64,000 nt of DNA, from contig JBQTIG010000035.1 in assembly GCA_052388375.1 (NCBI GenBank), forward strand, positions 3,166 to 67,165, given 5' to 3'. The position numbers and the translations under genes are program-made. Source of the stretch: Planctomycetaceae bacterium (lineage in GTDB: Bacteria > Planctomycetota > PLA2). Position 1 is the stretch's first letter. Each line of letters opens with the position of its first letter. Shown here in pieces: positions 25,457-36,539 of the stretch. The notes under the pieces were generated by a model, which saw only the letters and a program-made list of their open reading frames with translations, had not been told where the DNA came from and did no database searches.

Positions 25457-28080
25457 CGCGACGAGAGGCCCTCCACGAGGGCGCTCCTCGCCTCCTTCAA
25501 GGCGAGCTCGAGGGCCGGCCCCGCGGGCGCGCGCCCCTGCGCCAACTCCGGCTTCCCGCCCCCCTTTCCGCCCAGGCGCGCGGTGAAGCCTCGCACGATG
25601 TCTCCGGCCTTGATCCCGGCGCGTACGGCCTCCTCCGTGGCGGCGGCAAGCACCGCCACGCCGCCCTCGCCGCGCCCCGCCAGAAGCAGCGCGCACTCCC
25701 CGGCTCGCCGCCGCACCTCGTCCGCCAGCGTGCGCAGGGCTTCCGGATCGTCCCCCTCGACGAGTCCCACCACCACCGAAACCCCGCCCGCCGCCACTCC
25801 TTGCTTCAGGAGGCTCTCCACGAAGGCGAGACTCTCCTTGCGCTTCGCCTCGACCTGGAGGCGCCGCAGGTCTCGCAGCTCCTGCTGGAGCGCCTCCACG
25901 CGGCCCGTCAACTCCTCCGCGCCCGCCTTGAGCGCTTCGCCGAGCTTGCGCAAGGTGCGCCGTTGCTCCGCCACGTGCGCCAGCGCCCCCTCGCCCGTGA
26001 GCGCCTCGATGCGCCGCACGCCCGACGCCACGCCGCCCTCCTGGGCGATCAGGAAGGCGCCGATCTCGCCGATCCGGCCCACGTGGGTGCCCCCGCAGAG
26101 CTCCATGCTCCACGGTCCCACGGAGACGACCCGCACCTGGGCGTCGTAGCGCTCCCCGAAAAGGGCCATCGCGCCGGCCTTGCGAGCCTCCTCGAGCTCG
26201 CGCAGCTCGGTGGTCACCGGCAGGTCGCGCAGGATCTCGCGGTTGACCCGCGCCTCGATGCGATCCGTCTCCTCGGGTTGCACCGCGCGGGGGTGGGTGA
26301 AGTCGAACCGCAGGCGATCCGGGGCGACGAGGGAACCCGCCTGGGTGACGTGCGTCCCCAGCACCTCCCGCAGCGCCGCGTGGAGCAGATGGGTCGCCGT
26401 GTGGTTCCGTCGGATCGCGGCGCGCCGCGATCCGTCCACCCGCAGGACCACAAGCTCCCCCGCGGCGATCTCGCCTCGCTCGACCACGCCGAGGTGGACG
26501 ACGTACTCCTCCCCCTTCTGGGTGTCCCTCACCCGGAACAGGCCCCTCGGCCCCTCGATCTCGCCGGTGTCCCCCACCTGGCCGCCCGCCTCTCCGTAAA
26601 AGGGGGTCGCGATGCAGACGAGCCGGACCTCGCCGTCGGCGGGCCGGACCCGATCCACCCGTTCCTCCCCTTTCACCAGGGCGCGCACCTCCGACCGAGC
26701 CGACTCCGCCTGGTACCCCAGGAACTCCGTGGCCGGCACGTCGCGCTTCATGGCGGAGAGCGCCGTCGCGACGAACAGCTCGCCGCCCATGGCCGATCCC
26801 TCGCGACTGCGCGTGCGTTGCGCCTCCATGGCGGCGTCGAAGCCCGCACGGTCGACGCCGACCCCGCGTTCCGCGCAGATCTCCTCGCAGAGTTCGAGGG
26901 GAAAGCCGTGGCTGTCGTAGAGCTCGAAGGCGGTCGCGCCGGGAAGGGTCTTGCCCGCAAGGCGCGCGATCTCGCGGTCGAGCAGCGACATCCCCGTCTC
27001 GAAGGTCGCGCGGAACCTCTCCTCTTCCGCCTCGAGGAACGCGGTGGCCGCGGCCTCGCTCCGCGCCACTTCCGGATAGGCCCTCCCCATGATCCCGACG
27101 ACCACCGGCACGAGCCGGTGGAGGAAGGGGCGATCGATCCCCAAGGCGATGCCGTCGCGGATCGCCCGGCGAAGGATGCGCCGCGCGACGTAGCCGCGCC
27201 CCTCGTTGCCCGGCTTGACGCCGTCGGCCACCAGGAAGATCGCGGCCCGGACGTGCTCCGCGATGCGCCGGAACTGCTGCCCCATCGGGTGGTCGTAGCG
27301 GTAGGGCTGCCCCGCCACCTGCGCGATCGCCGCGAGGATCGGGAGGAAGAGTTCCGTCTCGAAGTTGCTCCGGACGCCGTGCAGCACCGCGAGGATCCGC
27401 TCGAACCCCATCCCGGTGTCGATGTTCTTCTGCCGCAACGGCTCCAGGACGTTGCGGCCTGTGCGGTTGAACTGCGTGAAGACGACGTTGCCGATCTCGC
27501 AATAGCGCTTCGCCTCCGGATCCCCCTCCTTGCCGGGGCTGCCGAAGTCGTAAAAGATTTCCGAGCAGGGGCCGCAGGGGCCGTTCGGCCCCTCCTCGGG
27601 GGCGTTGGCGGGCCAGAAATTGTCCTTCGCCCCGAGGCGCCAGATCCGCCCGCGCGGGATCTTCACCTCCTTCTCCCAGACCGCGTAGGCCTCGTCGTCG
27701 TCGAGATAGACCGAGACCCGGAGCCGGTCCGCGGGGAGCCGGATCCGCTGGGTCAGGAACTCCCACTGCCAGAGGATCGCTTCGCGCTTGAAGTAGTCCC
27801 CGAAGCTGAAGTTCCCCAGCATCTCGAAAAACGTCTGGTGGTAGTGGGTGCGCCCGACGTTGTCGAGGTCGCCGGTGCGGAAGCACTTCTGCGCCGTGGT
27901 GGCCCGGCGGAAGGGGAGGTTTCCGATGCCGAGAAACATCTCCTTGAACTGGTTCATGCCCGCCCCGGTGAAGAGCAGGGTCGGATCGTTGGCCGGTACG
28001 AGGGAGTCGCTCGGCCAACGGGTATGCCCCTTTCCCTCGAAGAAGGAGAGATAGGCTTCGCGCAGCTCGTCGGGCTTCAT
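25453..28080 (-). CDS. alaS: Alanine--tRNA ligase
   Basis: LLFTGAGMNQFK, HQTFFEMLGNFSFGDYFK, DTGMGFER, HTATH, ELCGGTH and GKGGG. Confidence 0.97.
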   Translation of the reverse strand: MKPDELREAYLSFFEGKGHTRWPSDSLVPANDPTLLFTGAGMNQFKEMFLGIGNLPFRRATTAQKCFRTGDLDNVGRTHYHQTFFEMLGNFSFGDYFKREAILWQWEFLTQRIRLPADRLRVSVYLDDDEAYAVWEKEVKIPRGRIWRLGAKDNFWPANAPEEGPNGPCGPCSEIFYDFGSPGKEGDPEAKRYCEIGNVVFTQFNRTGRNVLEPLRQKNIDTGMGFERILAVLHGVRSNFETELFLPILAAIAQVAGQPYRYDHPMGQQFRRIAEHVRAAIFLVADGVKPGNEGRGYVARRILRRAIRDGIALGIDRPFLHRLVPVVVGIMGRAYPEVARSEAAATAFLEAEEERFRATFETGMSLLDREIARLAGKTLPGATAFELYDSHGFPLELCEEICAERGVGVDRAGFDAAMEAQRTRSREGSAMGGELFVATALSAMKRDVPATEFLGYQAESARSEVRALVKGEERVDRVRPADGEVRLVCIATPFYGEAGGQVGDTGEIEGPRGLFRVRDTQKGEEYVVHLGVVERGEIAAGELVVLRVDGSRRAAIRRNHTATHLLHAALREVLGTHVTQAGSLVAPDRLRFDFTHPRAVQPEETDRIEARVNREILRDLPVTTELRELEEARKAGAMALFGERYDAQVRVVSVGPWSMELCGGTHVGRIGEIGAFLIAQEGGVASGVRRIEALTGEGALAHVAEQRRTLRKLGEALKAGAEELTGRVEALQQELRDLRRLQVEAKRKESLAFVESLLKQGVAAGGVSVVVGLVEGDDPEALRTLADEVRRRAGECALLLAGRGEGGVAVLAAATEEAVRAGIKAGDIVRGFTARLGGKGGGKPELAQGRAPAGPALELALKEARSALVEGLSSR

Positions 28081-28189
28081 GGCGAGGGAGGCAGTATAGA
28101 GCGTAGACGAAGCCTCCCCCTCCCTCCCGGGGGGCCGGGGGAGGGATCGCGCGCGGCGCATGCCGACGGCGTCCCACGGGCGGAAACGG

Positions 28190-29326
28190 CTAGCCCTTGG
28201 TGCGCCTCTCGGGGGCGGCGGTCTCCGTCGCGCCGTTCCCGTCGGGCTCGATCGCGGCCGGGGCCGCGATCGGCGCCGCGGGCGCTCCGGCGGGTCCGAG
28301 CGCCTGCTTCACCTCGAGCAGGATCGCGTCGGCGACGTCGCGGTTGTCCACCAGGAAGAGCCGCGCCTTGTCGCGCCCCTGCCCGAGCCGCGTCTTGCCG
28401 TGGCTGAGCCAGGTGCCCTGCTTGGTGAGCACGCCGCAGTTGGTCGCCAAGTCCAGGATGTCCCCCTCCCGCGAGATGCCCTGGTTGAAGAGGATGTCGA
28501 TCTCGGTCTGCCGGAAGGGCGGCGCCACCTTGTTCTTGACCACCTTGGCCCGCACGCGGCTCCCCACCACCGTTTCGCCCTCCTTCAGGGAGCCGATCCG
28601 GCGCAGGTCGATGCGCACCGAGGCGTAGTACTTGAGCGCCCGGCCGCCGGGGGTCGTCTCCGGGCTGCCGAACATCACGCCGATCTTCTCGCGCAGCTGG
28701 TTGGTGAAGATGAAACAGCAGTGCGAGCGCGCCACCGCCGCGGTGAGCTTGCGGAGCGCCTGGCTCATGAGCCGCGCCTGGAGTCCGACATGGGAGTCGC
28801 CCATCTCCCCCTCGATCTCCGCCTTGGGCACCAGCGCCGCCACCGAGTCGACCACGATCACGTCCACCGCGCTCGACCGCACGAGCGTCTCGGCGATCTC
28901 CAGCGCCTGCTCCCCGGTGTCGGGTTGCGAGACGAGCAGCTCGTCCAGGTTGACCCCCACCCGGCGGGCGTAGGCCGGGTCGTAGGCGTTCTCCGCATCG
29001 ATGAAGGCGGCCACGCCGCCGCTCCGCTGCGCCTCCGCCACGATATGGCTGCAGAGCGTCGTCTTGCCCGAAGCCTCCGGCCCGAAGATCTCGCAGATGC
29101 GGCCGCGCGGGATGCCCCAGCCGCCCAGGGCGATGTCGAGGGAGGGCGAGCCGGTGGAGATCCCCTCCACCGGAGCGATCTCCTTGCCTCCCAGGCGCAT
29201 GATGGCCCCTTTCCCGTACTGCTTCTCGATCTGTCCGAGGGCGAAATCCAGCGCCTGGGTACGGCGGGAGTCCTCCTTCTTCTCGGCTTTCTCGGCCCTT
29301 TCGGCGGTCTGACTGCGCGAAACCAT
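28190..29326 (-). CDS. recA: Recombinase A
   Basis: [35 protein letters not shown] and KNKVAPP. Confidence 0.98.
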   Translation of the reverse strand: MVSRSQTAERAEKAEKKEDSRRTQALDFALGQIEKQYGKGAIMRLGGKEIAPVEGISTGSPSLDIALGGWGIPRGRICEIFGPEASGKTTLCSHIVAEAQRSGGVAAFIDAENAYDPAYARRVGVNLDELLVSQPDTGEQALEIAETLVRSSAVDVIVVDSVAALVPKAEIEGEMGDSHVGLQARLMSQALRKLTAAVARSHCCFIFTNQLREKIGVMFGSPETTPGGRALKYYASVRIDLRRIGSLKEGETVVGSRVRAKVVKNKVAPPFRQTEIDILFNQGISREGDILDLATNCGVLTKQGTWLSHGKTRLGQGRDKARLFLVDNRDVADAILLEVKQALGPAGAPAAPIAAPAAIEPDGNGATETAAPERRTKG

Positions 29327-29379
29327 GGCGATCCTCCTCGAGACGGGAACTCCGTCCTCCCACCATACGACGGGACCGG

Positions 29380-29916
29380 TTACATACCATCGCCCAGGGA
29401 CAGCACGGCGGCGGGGTGATGGAGCGCGCCCTGCGGGGTGAGGGTGGATCGGTAGAGGATGAGCCGGTCCGCCCGGGCGGTTCCCAGGGCCGGCCCGACG
29501 GCCAGGAAGGGGGCGGGGACCCGTCGCGGGCGCGGGAACCGTCCCAGCGTGACGTGGGGGCGAAAGGCGCGGGCCTCCCTCGGAAATCCGAGCGGCTCGA
29601 GAGCCGCTTCCACGGCCGCGGCGAGCGCGATCGCCTCCCCCGCCCCGCCCCCGACCCCCGCCCACAAGACACGCGCCGCGCCCGGATGGGGGAAGACGCC
29701 CAGCCCGATCAGCTCCAGGTCGAACGGGCGGAAGGCCCTCGCCGCGGGCCCTACCGCCTCGGCCAGAGGCCCCGCCTCTTCGATCTCCCCGAGGAAGCGG
29801 AGGGTGAGGTGGATCGTGCCCGGCTGCTGGGCGCGCAGCCCGGGCACCGCGCGTGACCGCGCGGCCAGGACTTCGCACAACTCCGGCGGCAGGGGCAGAG
29901 CGAAAAACGCCCTCAC
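29380..29916 (-). CDS. thpR: RNA 2',3'-cyclic phosphodiesterase (2H family)
   Basis: Two HxT motifs (HLTL, HVTL). Usual position upstream of recA. Confidence 0.9.
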   Translation of the reverse strand: MRAFFALPLPPELCEVLAARSRAVPGLRAQQPGTIHLTLRFLGEIEEAGPLAEAVGPAARAFRPFDLELIGLGVFPHPGAARVLWAGVGGGAGEAIALAAAVEAALEPLGFPREARAFRPHVTLGRFPRPRRVPAPFLAVGPALGTARADRLILYRSTLTPQGALHHPAAVLSLGDGM

Positions 29917-30815
29917 GGAGGCGCCGTGAAGCGCATCAGGTCGCGGAAGCGGGCGTCCACCTCTTGCCGCCCGATGCTGCGCAGCCTGCGGAGGGAGAAG
30001 GCCTCCACCGTGAAGGAGGCAAGGACGCTTCCGTAGAGCATGGCGCGCTTCCAGTGGGCCGCGTCCACGTGGCCGGCGTGGGCCAGGTAGCCCATGACGC
30101 CACCCGCGAAGGTGTCCCCCGCCCCCGTGGGATCGGTCACCTGCTCGAGCGGATAGGCGGGGACGGCGTAGAAGAAGTCCTCGGAGAAGAGGAAGGCGCC
30201 GTGCTCGCCCTTCTTCACGATGACCACTCTCGGCCCCAGCGTCAGGATGGCCCGTCCCGCGCGGATGAGCGTCGGCTCCCCCGACACCATGCGCGCCTCC
30301 TGGTCATTGATGAGGAGCGCGTCGACCCGGCGCAGCAGGCGCGCCAGATCGGCGCGCGCCGTATCGATCCAAAGATTCATCGTGTCCATCGCGACCAGCG
30401 CGCCGGGCGCGACCTGGTCGATGACGCTCTCCTGGATGGCCGGCGGCGAATTGGCGAGAAACACGTACCGGCTGTCGCGGAAGGGGGCGGGGACCAGGGG
30501 GCGATAGCGCTCCAGGACGTTGAGCTGGGTGTCGAGGGTCTCCGCCACGTTCATGTCGCCCACGTACCGGCCGCTCCAGCGGAAGCTCTTGCCGGGCGCG
30601 ACGGAGATCCCCGCGAGGTCGACGCCGCGATCGGCCAGGAGCGCGCGATCCTCCTTGCGGAAGTCCTCTCCCACGACCCCCACGAGCCGCACCGGCCCGA
30701 AGAACGAGGCCGCATAGGAGAAGTAGGTGGCGGCGCCGCCCAGCACCTCTTCCGCCCGGCCGGCCGGGGTCTCGATGGTGTCGTAGGCGAGGGTCCCGAC
30801 GACGAGTAGGCTCAT
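29913..30815 (-). CDS. PfkB-family carbohydrate kinase
   Basis: GGAATY and [12 protein letters not shown]. Confidence 0.9.
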   Translation of the reverse strand: MSLLVVGTLAYDTIETPAGRAEEVLGGAATYFSYAASFFGPVRLVGVVGEDFRKEDRALLADRGVDLAGISVAPGKSFRWSGRYVGDMNVAETLDTQLNVLERYRPLVPAPFRDSRYVFLANSPPAIQESVIDQVAPGALVAMDTMNLWIDTARADLARLLRRVDALLINDQEARMVSGEPTLIRAGRAILTLGPRVVIVKKGEHGAFLFSEDFFYAVPAYPLEQVTDPTGAGDTFAGGVMGYLAHAGHVDAAHWKRAMLYGSVLASFTVEAFSLRRLRSIGRQEVDARFRDLMRFTAPP

Positions 30816-30833
30816 CTCTGGAGTCTCCCGGGG

Positions 30834-31922
30834 CTAGGCGCCCTTCGTGGTCGTTTCCGTCGCGGGCGCCTTCCACTCCGGATGCTCCTCGCGCCACCGG
30901 CTCCAGGCGGCGGCTTCCGGAGCCAGGCCCACCGCCCCGGTCATCCTCTGGAGCGCCGCCGCCGCGTGGTACCGCACGCCGGAATCGACGTCTTCGAGGC
31001 GGCGGAGGCAGACTTCGAACGCGTCCGGATTGCCCACCTCGCCCAGGAAGGCGAGGAGCGCGCGTCGCACGTCGGGAGCAATCTCCGCGGGGTCGAGCCG
31101 GTCGACGAGACGACGCAAGGCCGACTCGCGCGCCCAAGGCGAGGCGAGCCGCGTGAGCACCTGCGCCGCCTCCAGGCGCACGAGGGGGGAGGGGTCCGGG
31201 GCCGGCTCGGGTGCGGCGGCGTCCCCGCAGGCGACATCGCGGAGCGCCACGAGAAGGCAGCGGCGCACGAGGTCGGGCACCAGCCGCTCCGCCGCCTCCG
31301 CGACGCTTCCCGAGGAGCCGCTCACCGGGCGGGCGGCCACCGCGCGCACCATCTGGAGCGCGCTCAGGAGATCGGGGGGGGTCTCCTGGACCAGGGACTC
31401 CAGTTCGCGCACCACGGACTCGGCCGGGACCTGCTCGCCCTGCTCGATCCGCAGGTTCAGCACGGCGAGGTCCTTGGCGGCGATGTTGATGTTTCCCGCC
31501 GCGCGGGGATCCTCCGGGGGGGGTTCGCCGGCAAGCAGCGGGAGCCGGAGCCCGATGCGGCCCAGCTCGCGGCAGGCGGCGCCGCGCACCGCCGGGACCG
31601 GGTCGTGCGCGAGCACGTAGAGGATGCGGTCCACGGCATTGGAGAGTTCGGCCGCGCTGGAGAGCCGCGTCGCTCCGAGCCCGCGCAGCGCCCAGACCAC
31701 CCGGTAGCTCGCGAGGTGCTGCGTTCCCACGTACTGATACCGCTCGCGTCCGGTCGGCTTGGTCGTGCTGTCGCCGATCGCCTTCACGTAGGCCCCCAGG
31801 CCGCGGTCGGAGCCGAGGAAGATGTCGAGCACGCTATCCCGGAACTCCGCGCGCCGGATGTCGCTCTCCACCCCCGCGCAACCGGCGAGACCGATCAGGA
31901 CCATGCCCATCACCTTCCGCAT
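30834..31922 (-). CDS. HEAT-repeat lipoprotein
   Basis: Lipobox LAGC and HEAT-like 'VRGAACRELG' and 'VRYHAAAALQRMTG'. Confidence 0.7.
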   Translation of the reverse strand: MRKVMGMVLIGLAGCAGVESDIRRAEFRDSVLDIFLGSDRGLGAYVKAIGDSTTKPTGRERYQYVGTQHLASYRVVWALRGLGATRLSSAAELSNAVDRILYVLAHDPVPAVRGAACRELGRIGLRLPLLAGEPPPEDPRAAGNINIAAKDLAVLNLRIEQGEQVPAESVVRELESLVQETPPDLLSALQMVRAVAARPVSGSSGSVAEAAERLVPDLVRRCLLVALRDVACGDAAAPEPAPDPSPLVRLEAAQVLTRLASPWARESALRRLVDRLDPAEIAPDVRRALLAFLGEVGNPDAFEVCLRRLEDVDSGVRYHAAAALQRMTGAVGLAPEAAAWSRWREEHPEWKAPATETTTKGA

Positions 31923-32005
31923 CCGGCCATTTCACACGGCCGCACCGACGTTTGCCAGGCAAAGCTCCTGCGCGCGATCCGGAGCGCAGGCGCGGTCCCG
32001 ATCCG

Positions 32006-32033
32006 TTGACGCCGCGCGCGGGCCGCCTACACT
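32006..32033 (+). promoter_or_regulatory. tRNA promoter
   Basis: TTGACG-N16-TACACT, 11 nt before the tRNA. Confidence 0.55.
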
Positions 32034-32044
32034 ATCCCCTCCCA

Positions 32045-32128
32045 GCCGGGGTGGCGGAACTGGCAGACGCGCTAGATTCAGGGTCTAGTGCCCGCAAGGG
32101 CGTGTGGGTTCAAATCCCACCCTCGGCA
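32045..32128 (+). tRNA. tRNA-Leu(CAG), CCA not encoded
   Basis: Acceptor GCCGGGG/CCTCGGC, anticodon arm CTAGA-TTCAGGG-TCTAG, long variable arm, T-loop TTCAAAT. Confidence 0.95.
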
Positions 32129-32150
32129 CGATCGCGCGGTCGCGCTCGCC

Positions 32151-32789
32151 TCACGCCCATCGCGCGACGAGGTTGCAGGCCGCGTGGTAGAGCGCCCCCG
32201 CCCAGACGTTTCCGGTGCGCGCATAGGACCAGCCGAAGAGGAGGCCGGGGAAAAACGTGGCCAGCCCCGCGACGCCCCTGGCGGGCAGGTGAAACAGGGC
32301 GAAGAGCAGGGCGGCCGCCGGGACTTCAAGGCCGACCCGGCACCCGAGGATGTTCCGCGCCCCGCCCCCGACCGCCGCACGCCACGCGGCGAGCCGCCGC
32401 TGCAGGAAGGCGCGAAAAAGGATCTCTTCGGGGAGCGCCACGGCAAAAAGCTGGAGAAACGCGATCGCGCCGAGATCGACGAGCGCCGGCAGGGGTTGCG
32501 CGGGGCGGCCGAGGAGCCCGGCGACGAGGACGAAGGCGGGGAGCGTCGCGATCGAGAGGAGGAAGGCCAAGCCGCAGCCAGGCCGCCCCCGCAGCCCGGG
32601 CGGGTCGGCGGCGGGATCCCGGAGCGCGCAAGCGACCGGGATGCCGAGCATCGCTCCTCCATAGAGAAGCGTCGTCGTCCAGAGGCCGCCCCCCGTCACC
32701 CGCACCACGTACGCGGCCGCGAGAGCCAGGAGCGCGGCCCCCACGGCGCACAGCGCCCGGGATTGCGCCGTGCCGCTGGCCCTTTCCAT
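32151..32789 (-). CDS. CPBP (CAAX protease/Abi) family intramembrane glutamic endopeptidase
   Basis: EEILFR, FALFH and HAACN, with multiple TM helices. Confidence 0.85.
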   Translation of the reverse strand: MERASGTAQSRALCAVGAALLALAAAYVVRVTGGGLWTTTLLYGGAMLGIPVACALRDPAADPPGLRGRPGCGLAFLLSIATLPAFVLVAGLLGRPAQPLPALVDLGAIAFLQLFAVALPEEILFRAFLQRRLAAWRAAVGGGARNILGCRVGLEVPAAALLFALFHLPARGVAGLATFFPGLLFGWSYARTGNVWAGALYHAACNLVARWA

Positions 32790-32833
32790 GCCATCATCTT
32801 GACGCCGCACTCCCCCAATCCACAATCGGAACC

Positions 32834-34342
32834 ATGCGCGTCCGCCTCGCCGCCGCCCTCGTCCTCGCCGTCGCGGCTGCCGCTGCCGACGCTCCGCCGC
32901 CGCGCGGCCCCTTCCGGAAGATCGCCGTCATCGCGCTCAAGGAGGCATCGGGGGAGGCGATCGACCCCTCGGTGAAGTCCTCGGTGCTGCGGAGGCTCAG
33001 GGAGGCCGAGGCGCAGGGCGCGGACTGCGTCGTCTTCGACATCGAGTCCTACGGCGGCATGGTCGACTCCTCCATCGAAACCGGGGATGAGATCTTCGAT
33101 CTCGGCGCGCGCATCCACACCATCGCCTACGTCTCGCGCCGCGCCATCTCCGGCGCCGCCATGATCAGCCTCGCCTGCCGCGAGATCGTCATGAGCGAGG
33201 CGGGTTCGATCGGGGACTCCCAGGCGATCCTCATGACCGCCGACGGCTTCGAGGTCGCCCCGGAGAAGACGCAGTCCGTCGTCGCCCAGACCTTTCGCAA
33301 GTATGCCAAGCGCAACGGCTATCCCATCCCGCTGGCCGAAGGCATGGTGCGCCAGGAGATGGAGGTGGTGCGCTACAGGAAGCCTGTCGATCCGGCCGAT
33401 CCGTCGCGCGGCCACGTCTGGGTCTATTTCCGGAGCGACGACGGCGATGAGCTGCCTACCGAGCGCGAACGCCAGGAGCAGGGCCTCACCGACCGGGAAC
33501 TGGTGAGCCGCGCCGGCGAACTGGTCATGATCCACGCTCGCGAGGCGCTCGACCGCGGCTTCTGCTCGCGCCTCGAGCCCAACCTCGACACGCTGCTCGC
33601 CTCCATCCGCGCCCCCGACGGCGTCGTCGTGACGCTGGACTGGAACTGGGCGGAGAACGCCTCCCGCTGGCTGATCTCCGTGCGCAGCCTGCTCTTCATC
33701 GTCGGCCTCGGCTCGCTCTACTTCGCGCTCAAGACGCCCGGCACCGGCATTCCCGAGGCGCTCGCGCTCATCAGCTTCGGCCTCTTTTTCGGCGCGTCGG
33801 CGCTGGCCGGGTTCGCGGGGAGCCTGGAGCTCATCCTCTTCTTCGCAGGCGTCCTGCTCATCGTGCTCGAGATCTTCGTCATCCCCGGCTTCGGCGTGAC
33901 CGGCCTGGCGGGCCTCGCCTGCGTCCTCGTCTCCTTCGCCCTCGCCGCGCTCCCCGAAGGCGACTCGCCCTACTCCCCGGGCCACTACCTCTTCCCGATG
34001 GCGCGCGACTTCTTCTTCGGCGTGGTTGGCGCGGGGGTGATCGGCTTCTTCGTGGCGAAGCATCTGCCGAAGGTCCCGCTCTTCCGCGGGCTCACGCTCG
34101 CCGCGGCACCCGCGGCCGGCAGTCTCACCGGAAGCGGGACCGCGACGGCCCGCGACCGCGAGCATCCGCTCCTGGGCGCGACTGGCGTGACGGAAACCGC
34201 CCTGCGGCCGGCCGGCAAGGCGACGCTCGCGGGCAGGCGCGTGGACGTGGTGACCGAAGGCGGATTCCTCGACGAGGGAACGCCGGTCCAGGTCGTCGCC
34301 GTGCGCGGCAACGTGGTCGTGGTACGGAAGGTGGGGGGTTGA
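32834..34342 (+). CDS. Long-form NfeD (ClpP-like serine protease + TM + OB fold)
   Basis: 'DIESYGG', 'AISGAA' Ser, 'EKTQS' Lys, 'EIFVIPGFG' and 'TALRPAG'. ATG at 32834. Confidence 0.88.
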   Translation: MRVRLAAALVLAVAAAAADAPPPRGPFRKIAVIALKEASGEAIDPSVKSSVLRRLREAEAQGADCVVFDIESYGGMVDSSIETGDEIFDLGARIHTIAYVSRRAISGAAMISLACREIVMSEAGSIGDSQAILMTADGFEVAPEKTQSVVAQTFRKYAKRNGYPIPLAEGMVRQEMEVVRYRKPVDPADPSRGHVWVYFRSDDGDELPTERERQEQGLTDRELVSRAGELVMIHAREALDRGFCSRLEPNLDTLLASIRAPDGVVVTLDWNWAENASRWLISVRSLLFIVGLGSLYFALKTPGTGIPEALALISFGLFFGASALAGFAGSLELILFFAGVLLIVLEIFVIPGFGVTGLAGLACVLVSFALAALPEGDSPYSPGHYLFPMARDFFFGVVGAGVIGFFVAKHLPKVPLFRGLTLAAAPAAGSLTGSGTATARDREHPLLGATGVTETALRPAGKATLAGRRVDVVTEGGFLDEGTPVQVVAVRGNVVVVRKVGG

Positions 34343-34815
34343 TCCTTCCCGTCCTGCTCGTCATCGCGAGCCTCGCCTTCCTGGTGCTGGAGGTCTTTCT
34401 CGTCAGCTTCGGCACCCTCGCCATCGTGGCCGCGGCGTTCGGGGTCGGGGCGGTCGCCCTGGCCTTCGGCCAGTCGGACCTCTACGGCTGGACGATGCTG
34501 GCGGTCCTCCTGGCCGCGGCACCGCTCACCCTCTGGGGCGCCTTCCGCGTCCTGCCCAAGATCCCCTTCGCGCGTGGTTTCTATCTCGACAAGCGCGAGA
34601 TGGGGACGGGGGAGCGGCAGGCCGCCGCGCGGCCGCTCACGGAGCTGCTCGGCAGCGTGGGAGAGGCGGTCTCCCCGCTCCGGCCCTCCGGCATCGCGCA
34701 GTTCGACGGCCGCCCCTTCGACGTGGTGACGGACGGCGTCCCGGTGGAGCGCGGCACCCGCGTACGGGTGGTCGAAGTCTCCGGGAACCGGGTGATCGTC
34801 ACGCCCGAGCCTTGA
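34339..34815 (+). CDS. Short-form NfeD protein
   Basis: Three TM helices plus the OB-fold 'SPLRPSG...DVVTDG'. Confidence 0.85.
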   Translation: MILPVLLVIASLAFLVLEVFLVSFGTLAIVAAAFGVGAVALAFGQSDLYGWTMLAVLLAAAPLTLWGAFRVLPKIPFARGFYLDKREMGTGERQAAARPLTELLGSVGEAVSPLRPSGIAQFDGRPFDVVTDGVPVERGTRVRVVEVSGNRVIVTPEP

Positions 34816-34872
34816 GCACGGACGAAACCGCATCTTGACGCCCGCCCGAAACCGGGCACCCTTGGAGGCCTC

Positions 34873-35925
34873 ATGCGTCTTTCCATGCTGCTCCTGGCCG
34901 ACGAAACCCTGAAGATCGTCGGCATCGGACTCGGCCTCCTCCTCCTCCTCGTGTTCGCGCTCATGGTCTTCAAGTACTTCAACCTCTGGCTTCAGTGCAT
35001 CACGACGCGGGCGGACATCGGGTTCGTCTCGCTCATCGGGATGAGCCTGCGGAAGATCAATCCGAAGGTGATCGTCCAGAGCAAGATCGCGGCGATCCAG
35101 GCGGGCCTGAAGATGGAGACGCGCGAGCTGGAGGCGCACTACCTCGCCGGGGGGCGCGTGACCCACGTCGTGCGCGCCATGATCGCCGCCGACCGCGCGA
35201 ACCTCCCCCTCGACTTCCGCATCGCCACCGGCATCGATCTGGCGGGACGCGACGTGCTGGACGCGGTGCAGAGCTACGTCAAGCCGCGGGTCATCGACTG
35301 CCCCGACCCGGCCCGCGGCACGGACTTCCTGGACGCCGTGGCCATGGACGGAATCCGCATGATGGTGAAGGCGCGGGTCACCGTACGCGCGGCGCTCAGC
35401 AAGCTGGTCGGCGGCGCCACCGAGGAGACGATCATCGCCCGCGTGGGCCAGGGCATCGTAAGCGCCGTGGGCTCCTCGCAGACCTACAAGGAGGTCTTGC
35501 AGAACCCCGATCGCATCTCCAAGACCGTTCTTCAGAACGCGCTGGACTCCCAGACCGCCTACGAGATCGTCTCCATCGACATCGCGGACGTCTCCGTGGC
35601 CGGTGTGAAGGACGTCTCGAACGTGGGCGCGCTCCTCGAGGCCGAACGGGCCGAGACCGACAAGAAGATGCGCCAGGCGGAAGCGGAGGGGCGCCGTTCC
35701 ATGGCCGTGGCCCAGGAACAGGAGATGCAGGCCCTGGTCCAGGAGAACCGGGCGAAAGTGGTCCTCGCGGAGGCGGAGATCCCGAAGGCCATGGCCGATG
35801 CCTTCCGATCGGGCAATCTCGGCGTAATGGACTACTTCCGCCTGCGCAACATCCAGGCGGACACCGAGATGCGCCGCACCATCGGCGGCGATGCGGGCGG
35901 TGAGGGAAAGACCCCGCAAAGTTGA
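34873..35925 (+). CDS. floA: Flotillin-like protein FloA (YqfA family)
   Basis: [41 protein letters not shown] and GNLGVMDY. Confidence 0.93.
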   Translation: MRLSMLLLADETLKIVGIGLGLLLLLVFALMVFKYFNLWLQCITTRADIGFVSLIGMSLRKINPKVIVQSKIAAIQAGLKMETRELEAHYLAGGRVTHVVRAMIAADRANLPLDFRIATGIDLAGRDVLDAVQSYVKPRVIDCPDPARGTDFLDAVAMDGIRMMVKARVTVRAALSKLVGGATEETIIARVGQGIVSAVGSSQTYKEVLQNPDRISKTVLQNALDSQTAYEIVSIDIADVSVAGVKDVSNVGALLEAERAETDKKMRQAEAEGRRSMAVAQEQEMQALVQENRAKVVLAEAEIPKAMADAFRSGNLGVMDYFRLRNIQADTEMRRTIGGDAGGEGKTPQS

Positions 35926-35926
35926 G

Positions 35927-36475
35927 ATGGAGATCTCGTTCGAGCTCATCCTTCTCCTGATCGCCGGGCTCATCGCGCTGGTCACGCGCATCGTCGAGGC
36001 GACCAGCGCGATGCGGAAGCGGGCTCGGGAGCAGGAGGCCGCCGCGGCGGAATCCGAGCGGGCCGACTGGGGCGAGGCCCCCCCGGCTGCGGCTCAGGCT
36101 CAGGCTCAGGCTCAGGAGCCCACGCCGATCGAGGTTCCGGTCGCGGATCTCCCTCCCGCGCAGCCGTGGCTCGACCCGTTCCTCCCCGCGCCCGCTCCGA
36201 AGGAACCTGCTCCTCCCCCGGCGCCCCCCGCCCCCCTTCGCCGCCCTCCCCGCGTCGCGCTCGAGCCGCTTCCCCTGCCCGCGCCCAAGCTTCCCCGAGC
36301 GGAGCACCCTCGCCCCGCCCCGCGCCCCGCGGCACCCGCCCCCCCCGCGGCGGCGAGGCGACGGTTGACGACGCGCCTCACGGAGCAGCGGCGTGCCCGG
36401 GAAGCGGTGGTCATGAGCGAGATCCTCGGCCCGCCTGTGGGCGTGCGCGGCCCGGGCGGCGCGCGCGAGGCCTGA
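35927..36475 (+). CDS. Pro-rich membrane protein, YqfB-like position after floA
   Basis: N-terminal TM helix and C-terminal 'REAVVMSEILGPP' motif. Confidence 0.7.
   Translation: MEISFELILLLIAGLIALVTRIVEATSAMRKRAREQEAAAAESERADWGEAPPAAAQAQAQAQEPTPIEVPVADLPPAQPWLDPFLPAPAPKEPAPPPAPPAPLRRPPRVALEPLPLPAPKLPRAEHPRPAPRPAAPAPPAAARRRLTTRLTEQRRAREAVVMSEILGPPVGVRGPGGAREA
36092..36115 (+). repeat. (GCTCAG)x4 in-frame microsatellite encoding AQAQAQAQ
   Basis: Read directly from the sequence. Confidence 0.9.
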
Positions 36476-36539
36476 GCCGCCCGAAGGGCCTATCCGAAAA
36501 CCCGGCTCCCTTCGGCCGGCTGCGCGGGCGGCTCGCGTC

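Noticed and set aside
24619-28407. 1262-aa plus-strand ORF
   Set aside because: Antisense shadow of alaS and plsX.
29327-29400. LexA box upstream of recA (also checked upstream of dinB)
   Set aside because: No recognisable SOS-box dyad found by eye; a lineage-specific box cannot be excluded.
36481-36515. Hairpin CCGAAGGG-N19-CCCTTCGG as an intrinsic terminator
   Set aside because: Large loop and no U-tract; it may be an IS-end remnant, so it is not called.
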